A stretch of 42,125 nucleotides of DNA from an archaeon (GTDB lineage Archaea > Thermoproteota > Thermoprotei > Thermofilales > JAPDKD01). The stretch is taken from positions 1-42,125 of the forward strand of contig JAPDKD010000029.1 of the NCBI GenBank assembly GCA_029258735.1, read 5' to 3'. A program made the position numbers and the translations under genes. Below the pieces are notes generated by a model that was given only the letters and a program-made list of their open reading frames with translations, searched no databases and had not been told where the DNA came from. Each line of letters opens with the position of its first letter. The first letter of the stretch is position 1. Below, piece after piece: positions 37,236 through 42,125 of the stretch.

Positions 37236-39203
37236 TTATCCGCCCATTGCTTTAATCGCTGCACCTATTCCGCTGACTACCGCTCCGAATAGTCCGCCTG
37301 CTGCTGCTCCAGCGAAGAATGGTCTGGCTACTTGTTCGTCTAGCTTGGTGCCGCCTATCTTTACCACTAGCCACTTAATTATTAGTATTGGAAGGAATGG
37401 CCAGCCCCAGTCGATGTTTGCAGAGCTGCTCATAAGTACTGTGAGGCCTGCGACTATTGGTATGAATGGTATGGTGAATGCTACTCTCGCTTGCAGTATT
37501 GGTATGGCTATTGCTAGTAACAGCAGTATTATGAATACTCCGAGTTCGTCAGGTGATGGGCCATACCAAGTGAAGCCTCCTCTCACGTAGTTTCTCGCTC
37601 TCGGTATTGCTAGGACCCAGAGGCCATCTATGAATGTGCCGAATACGCCGTGGTTTATTCCGTATGAGTAGGTGAGGTAAGCCTCGAACATTTGTCCTCC
37701 GAAGGAGCCGATGACCAGGCCGATTATTATGGCTATGATTATGGTCTTTATTGAGTTTACGCGTCCTAGGAAGGCGAACCTTGAGCTTTCGAAGAAGGCT
37801 GAGGCGCCTATGTCGCCTCGGGTGAATAGTCTGCCCTGCATTGTGAAGCCGACTAGTGCTGCGGAGGGCTGGCTCGTGTCGATTAAGCCAGCGGCGTAGC
37901 ACATTTCGCCTACTACTGAAGATGCGTGTGCGTCCCATGTGTATTGTAGGTTGATGTATCCTAGTCCCATTACGCCCCACATTTGTAGGACGTATATCAG
38001 GAATAGGGATAGGAGGAACGCTGGCACTGCTGGGGCGCCTAGTGCAATGCCTATGCCAGTCAAAATTATTACTGCCACAAATGATAGTATCCACTGCATT
38101 TGCGGAGATACGAAGTCGTATTCTGGGTTCTTATCCTTTAGGGTTTCTGCTATATACTTCCATGCCGCTATATATGCGCCTATTACGCCTCCAGCTAGCA
38201 GGGCTACGCCTAGCGGGTGCAGCTTGTATGGTGCAAAGTACCACGCGTCAAAGTATATGTCGTCAAAAGCTGCTGATGGATCAAATTCTATTATTCCCGC
38301 GCTAATGTAGAACGGTACAACGACGAAGTTCACTATGAGCATTGTTATCATTATTGTAATTAGGGCGTCCATTGGGGCGAAGTAGCCGAACCAGCTCCAT
38401 GGGAAGACGCTGGCCATGTCTAACCCTATCGCCGCTCCAGGAATCATGCTCCATAGAATGCCAGGCTGTCCCGGTGTGTCACCTACATGACCTGGAATTA
38501 CTGGCACTCCAGGCCACAGAGTTGAAACCAGATATCCTTCGGTGAAGATTACGGTTATAAAGCCTATGAATAGGCCAAAGAGTAGCCAGTTTCTTCTTGA
38601 TCCTAGCAAGGGGACTTTCTCATCTGGAGGCTTTTCGACCGCAAGTGATACAGCTGTGAATGCAGCCGTGGTGGCCGGATACGGGAGACGCTGGATTTCT
38701 ACTATTTGTCGCCTCATCGGCATTAGACCAAATATTGATATAAAGACCAACACTAAAATAAGAACAAAGCCGACGATGAATTGTCCAAATAATTCGCCGA
38801 ACGGCGTTGGCTGTCCCCCGGGCAGAGCAGCTTCATAAAGGTGCTTTGGCAGCGTCAGCCAGCTTGGTACGAACGCCTTAAAGTCTGCCAGCCATGCCGG
38901 AGCTTCTGCGTTGGGGAGTACTAGTGCGCCTACCCAGAAGAACCATCCTGGGTAGGTTGCCGCAGATCCATATACCATTGCGTAGATTACGACGTATTCT
39001 GCAAAGGTGAACTTAATGTTGGTGTAGAGCTGGATTAGTGCTAGTATTACTACGGTCATGACGCTGACTTCTGCGGTTGCTACGAAGCCGCTGGTTGGCC
39101 CCAGTATAGCGTCAGCGAATACTAAGGCCAAGGAGCCAATTATTCCGACGATTATGGCCTTAGGGGTGAAGGCTTTTTCGACGGGCTTCTCGGTTGCGGA
39201 CAT
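37236..39203 (-). CDS. OPT-like oligopeptide transporter family membrane protein (paralog of 35121-37052)
   Basis: About 16 TM segments; AFTPKAIIVG N-terminus; VEIQRLPYP motif; C-terminal RPFFAG; GGTGA RBS. Confidence 0.68.
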   Translation of the reverse strand: MSATEKPVEKAFTPKAIIVGIIGSLALVFADAILGPTSGFVATAEVSVMTVVILALIQLYTNIKFTFAEYVVIYAMVYGSAATYPGWFFWVGALVLPNAEAPAWLADFKAFVPSWLTLPKHLYEAALPGGQPTPFGELFGQFIVGFVLILVLVFISIFGLMPMRRQIVEIQRLPYPATTAAFTAVSLAVEKPPDEKVPLLGSRRNWLLFGLFIGFITVIFTEGYLVSTLWPGVPVIPGHVGDTPGQPGILWSMIPGAAIGLDMASVFPWSWFGYFAPMDALITIMITMLIVNFVVVPFYISAGIIEFDPSAAFDDIYFDAWYFAPYKLHPLGVALLAGGVIGAYIAAWKYIAETLKDKNPEYDFVSPQMQWILSFVAVIILTGIGIALGAPAVPAFLLSLFLIYVLQMWGVMGLGYINLQYTWDAHASSVVGEMCYAAGLIDTSQPSAALVGFTMQGRLFTRGDIGASAFFESSRFAFLGRVNSIKTIIIAIIIGLVIGSFGGQMFEAYLTYSYGINHGVFGTFIDGLWVLAIPRARNYVRGGFTWYGPSPDELGVFIILLLLAIAIPILQARVAFTIPFIPIVAGLTVLMSSSANIDWGWPFLPILIIKWLVVKIGGTKLDEQVARPFFAGAAAGGLFGAVVSGIGAAIKAMGG

Positions 39204-39454
39204 TTTTTCACCCTTGTTCGTAAAGCAATTAATAATAAATACTTAATAAATATTAGGTCGGCTGTAGAGATAAATTTATATAATACCTTTTAAGGTGTTC
39301 TTTTCTAAAATTCTTTTGAACTTTGCTGATTTCATGGTAAAAAATTATTACGTTAATAGTCGAACTTTATTTTGCTCGCCGAAGTAATATACGACAAACA
39401 ACCTCACGCATTCGATAAAAATTTTATGTGCTGAAACTAATCCTAAAGGGAGAG

Positions 39455-41269
39455 ATGTCGTTTAGTACTAAATATCGAGAAAAATACATTAAAAGGATGA
39501 TCTTAAGTTTCATATTACTAATTAGCCTAAGTAGTTTATCACCACATAGAGTTTCGACGCATCCGCATTTCACGTTTACCATCTTGATCACAAATAACAA
39601 TGTAGAAGGGCTTTTACCCGTAATGAAGATAAGCAATTATTCAACCCTTGTTTTTTCTAATTATTGTGATATAGGCTTTTCTACGTTTGAGAAAAACGAG
39701 AAAAGCGTTTTAATAAACCTCTCTTCACCATTAAGTATTATATTACATTTAATAAATAATATGCATGTACATCCAGACCAGATATTTATTTCCAACTCTT
39801 CGTGTTCCCTCTCAGCATATTATTCAGCAGGCCTCTCAGGTTCGGTAATTGTAAATATTGGAAGAAATGTAAGTTATAAAGATTTTCTGAAAGAACTCAA
39901 GCAGCATGGAATCACGGGAATAAAGACGTGCGGTTCAATTAAAAATATTGAGATCCAAGGTTCGAACAGACTTGTCGTTACATTTAAGGATGATGCGCTT
40001 TCGCGTTTAACTGCGGTTTATGCCGGCATGTCTAATGCGCATTTTCTTGTAGCTGAAGACTTAAACAGCATACGAGATGCTATAAAGCGGTATAATATAA
40101 CGTCAGTTGTGTATGTGATTTCTTCGAAGAATTTAATTAAAATGGGCCTTGTAGAGCTGTATAAACCAGTTATAGAGGCATATTCTGATAGATTTTTCCA
40201 CGTAAATATTGGCATAATTTCCGGATACAGTGATTCATGTGCAGTAAACTTTGCGTCGAGATCTCTTTACTATCTTGCTAAAGGAGTAAATGTTCAATCC
40301 GCTCTCTTGGCATATATGGAGGACGTTGAATTGTTGGCGGAAAAAATTATTCGTGAATTGGATAGAAGCGGAGTAAGTATATATCAAAAACTAGTTTCCT
40401 TTAACGAGCATGGAAACCTTACTAGAGAGAGTTTAATTGATTCTTTGAAGCAAGCTTCTGGCATAGTGTTCATTAACCTTCACGGTAATCCCTACGGAAT
40501 GGCTAGGACAACTACAGGTCCCTACGTGGTTACTGCACACAGTCTCGAAGAAGTTAATTCTAGGAACATAATTGTTACGTTATCTTGTTCAACATGCAAT
40601 TTTAACGAAATACTCAATCCGAAGAACAGTATTGCTCTTGCATTTATTTCTAAGGGCGCTTTAGCGTATATTGGGGCTAGAAAGGTTGAATACGCTGGCG
40701 AGCTTGAAACAAGCACTGCTTTTCCAGAACTAATTACGTATATGCTGCTTCGAGGATACACTCTAGGTTCAGCTGTGCGATGGGTGAACAATATACATAT
40801 TCGAGCCGCAAGTGGCGTTGACCCGTGGATTGCAGCTTATACTTGCTTGCTCGGCGAGCCCGACTTACGTCTCTTAAATGCTACTGAGCAAGAAGACGCG
40901 GCTATAAAATTGAATGAGAATGAGATTAGCGTAAATATTCTTAGGGAGACGTGCTGTGTTACATCAAGGATCGAATTTCCTTATGCGGCTGAAGAAGTAA
41001 AATTTGAATTAAAAAATCCCGATGTTAGACGTGTTCTATTTATAACAAAGGAAAGGGGCAAGTATATTTTAAACATATTTTTGACAAAAAAGATAAGCAA
41101 AGAGGTTGGTGATTTTAAGCCAGGAGATGTAGTTATTATTAAATATTATAAGAAGTTATCGGTTATTGATTTACTACCATATGCTGCTGCTACTTTTATA
41201 GCCTTCTTAGCCGTTATTCTTTATGTAAAAAGGAGAAAAAGAAAAATTTTAAGGCCAGATTCCTCTTAG
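39455..41269 (+). CDS. Membrane-anchored C25 family (gingipain-like) cysteine peptidase
   Basis: N-terminal signal; FINLHGNP (catalytic His), TLSCST (catalytic Cys), GALAYIGA, LLGEP; C-terminal TM plus KRRKRK; start 39428-39500 uncertain. Confidence 0.75.
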   Translation: MSFSTKYREKYIKRMILSFILLISLSSLSPHRVSTHPHFTFTILITNNNVEGLLPVMKISNYSTLVFSNYCDIGFSTFEKNEKSVLINLSSPLSIILHLINNMHVHPDQIFISNSSCSLSAYYSAGLSGSVIVNIGRNVSYKDFLKELKQHGITGIKTCGSIKNIEIQGSNRLVVTFKDDALSRLTAVYAGMSNAHFLVAEDLNSIRDAIKRYNITSVVYVISSKNLIKMGLVELYKPVIEAYSDRFFHVNIGIISGYSDSCAVNFASRSLYYLAKGVNVQSALLAYMEDVELLAEKIIRELDRSGVSIYQKLVSFNEHGNLTRESLIDSLKQASGIVFINLHGNPYGMARTTTGPYVVTAHSLEEVNSRNIIVTLSCSTCNFNEILNPKNSIALAFISKGALAYIGARKVEYAGELETSTAFPELITYMLLRGYTLGSAVRWVNNIHIRAASGVDPWIAAYTCLLGEPDLRLLNATEQEDAAIKLNENEISVNILRETCCVTSRIEFPYAAEEVKFELKNPDVRRVLFITKERGKYILNIFLTKKISKEVGDFKPGDVVIIKYYKKLSVIDLLPYAAATFIAFLAVILYVKRRKRKILRPDSS

Positions 41270-42124
41270 CTGCATTGCGCGCGCTACTCTTGAGACAGCA
41301 ATGATGTAGGCTGCTGTTCGCATGTCAACATTTCTTTCTTTGTATATCTTGTAGACCTCTTCGAAGGCTTTTACCATCTTGTTTTCTAGCTTCTGGAAGA
41401 CTTCCTCTTTTGTCCACCATTCTCTTGTAAGCGCTTGCACCCACTCGAAGTATGAGCAAGTGACACCGCCCGCGTTGGCTAGGATGTCTGGAACTACGAC
41501 TATTCCTTTCTCGTGGAGTATCTTGTCTGCTTCTGGTGTGGTTGGGCCGTTTGCTCCCTCACTTATCACCTTGGCCTTTATCTTGTCGGCGTTTTTCTCG
41601 GTTATTACTCCCTCGATTGCAGCGGGGACTAGTATTGTGACGTCCAGCTCTAGCAGTTCTTCGTTGGATATATTCCTAGCTCCCGGGTAACCTACTACAC
41701 TTCCAGTTTTTCTCTTGTGCTCCATTACTGCTTCTGGGTTTAGACCGTCGGGGTTGTATATTCCTCCTTTGGAGTCGCTGACTGCTACGACTTTGCAGCC
41801 CCATTGGTGAGAGAAGTAAGCGGCGTAGTATCCGACGTTTCCGAATCCCTGAACTGCCACAGTTATGGGCTTACTTAGCCCGAGCTTCTTTACGGCTTCT
41901 CTAGCAGTTATCATTGTTCCCAGCCCTGTCGCTTCGGTTCTTCCCTGTGATCCACCTATTTCTATAGGCTTAGCCGTTACTACTCCCGGCTCCCATCTTC
42001 CCTGCAAGCCGCTGTATGTGTCGGCTATCCAAGCCATTGTTTGCGGGTTTGTGTAGACGTCCGGTGCGGGTATATCTACGTATGGTCCTATGAATTCTCT
42101 TATGGCGTAGGTGTATCTCCTGGT
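41249..42124 (-). CDS. gdhA: Glutamate dehydrogenase (5' part outside window)
   Basis: Frame open to the window edge: DIPAPDVYT, GGSQGRTEATG, VQGFGNVG, VPAAIE, EGANGPTT, PDILANAGGVTCSYFEW. Confidence 0.95.
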   Translation of the reverse strand, partial: TRRYTYAIREFIGPYVDIPAPDVYTNPQTMAWIADTYSGLQGRWEPGVVTAKPIEIGGSQGRTEATGLGTMITAREAVKKLGLSKPITVAVQGFGNVGYYAAYFSHQWGCKVVAVSDSKGGIYNPDGLNPEAVMEHKRKTGSVVGYPGARNISNEELLELDVTILVPAAIEGVITEKNADKIKAKVISEGANGPTTPEADKILHEKGIVVVPDILANAGGVTCSYFEWVQALTREWWTKEEVFQKLENKMVKAFEEVYKIYKERNVDMRTAAYIIAVSRVARAMQLRGIWP

Positions 42125-42125
42125 T

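Noticed and set aside
18590-42125. Integrated element at tRNA-Ala with an att duplication
   Set aside because: No repeat of the tRNA 3' end and no integrase seen; downstream DNA includes the housekeeping gene rnhB
1-42125. CRISPR arrays, IS elements, rRNA, inteins
   Set aside because: No regularly spaced repeats, transposase motifs, rRNA-like sequence or unexplained in-frame insertions were seen

Overview
Archaeal chromosomal segment. The gene repertoire, AGOG glycosylase, intron-containing tRNA and GGAGG/GGTGA ribosome-binding sites point to Thermoproteota, probably Thermofilum-like (inference). The left half (1-18.6 kb) is mostly housekeeping: nitrilase, Eis-like GNAT, thiI, prs, ECF-S and AEC transporters, gcvPA/gcvPB, a NucS-like nuclease-fold protein, valS, AGOG, an RbgA-like GTPase, proS, a translationally coupled isopentenyl phosphate kinase plus prenol/dolichol kinase pair, an isoaspartyl peptidase, and a tRNA-Ala(CGC) with a 26-nt intron whose first base is the last base of the upstream stop codon. 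Next come a very AT-rich ~335-bp spacer with an inverted repeat and an HTH-like gene, DHH, P-loop and rnhB genes, and a redox cluster (unannotated 56-aa ORF, Fe-S flavoprotein, OsmC, CoA-disulfide reductase-like). The most interesting part is a ~16 kb cell-envelope locus (24.9-41.3 kb). It encodes two paralogous OPT-like transporters, two paralogous giant FtsX/MacB-type permeases (one fused to an M28 peptidase domain whose catalytic motifs are degenerate), a membrane-anchored M1 aminopeptidase and a membrane-anchored gingipain-like C25 protease. No ABC ATPase is present in the window, and glutamate dehydrogenase lies next to the locus. No CRISPR array, rRNA, transposase or integrase was seen.
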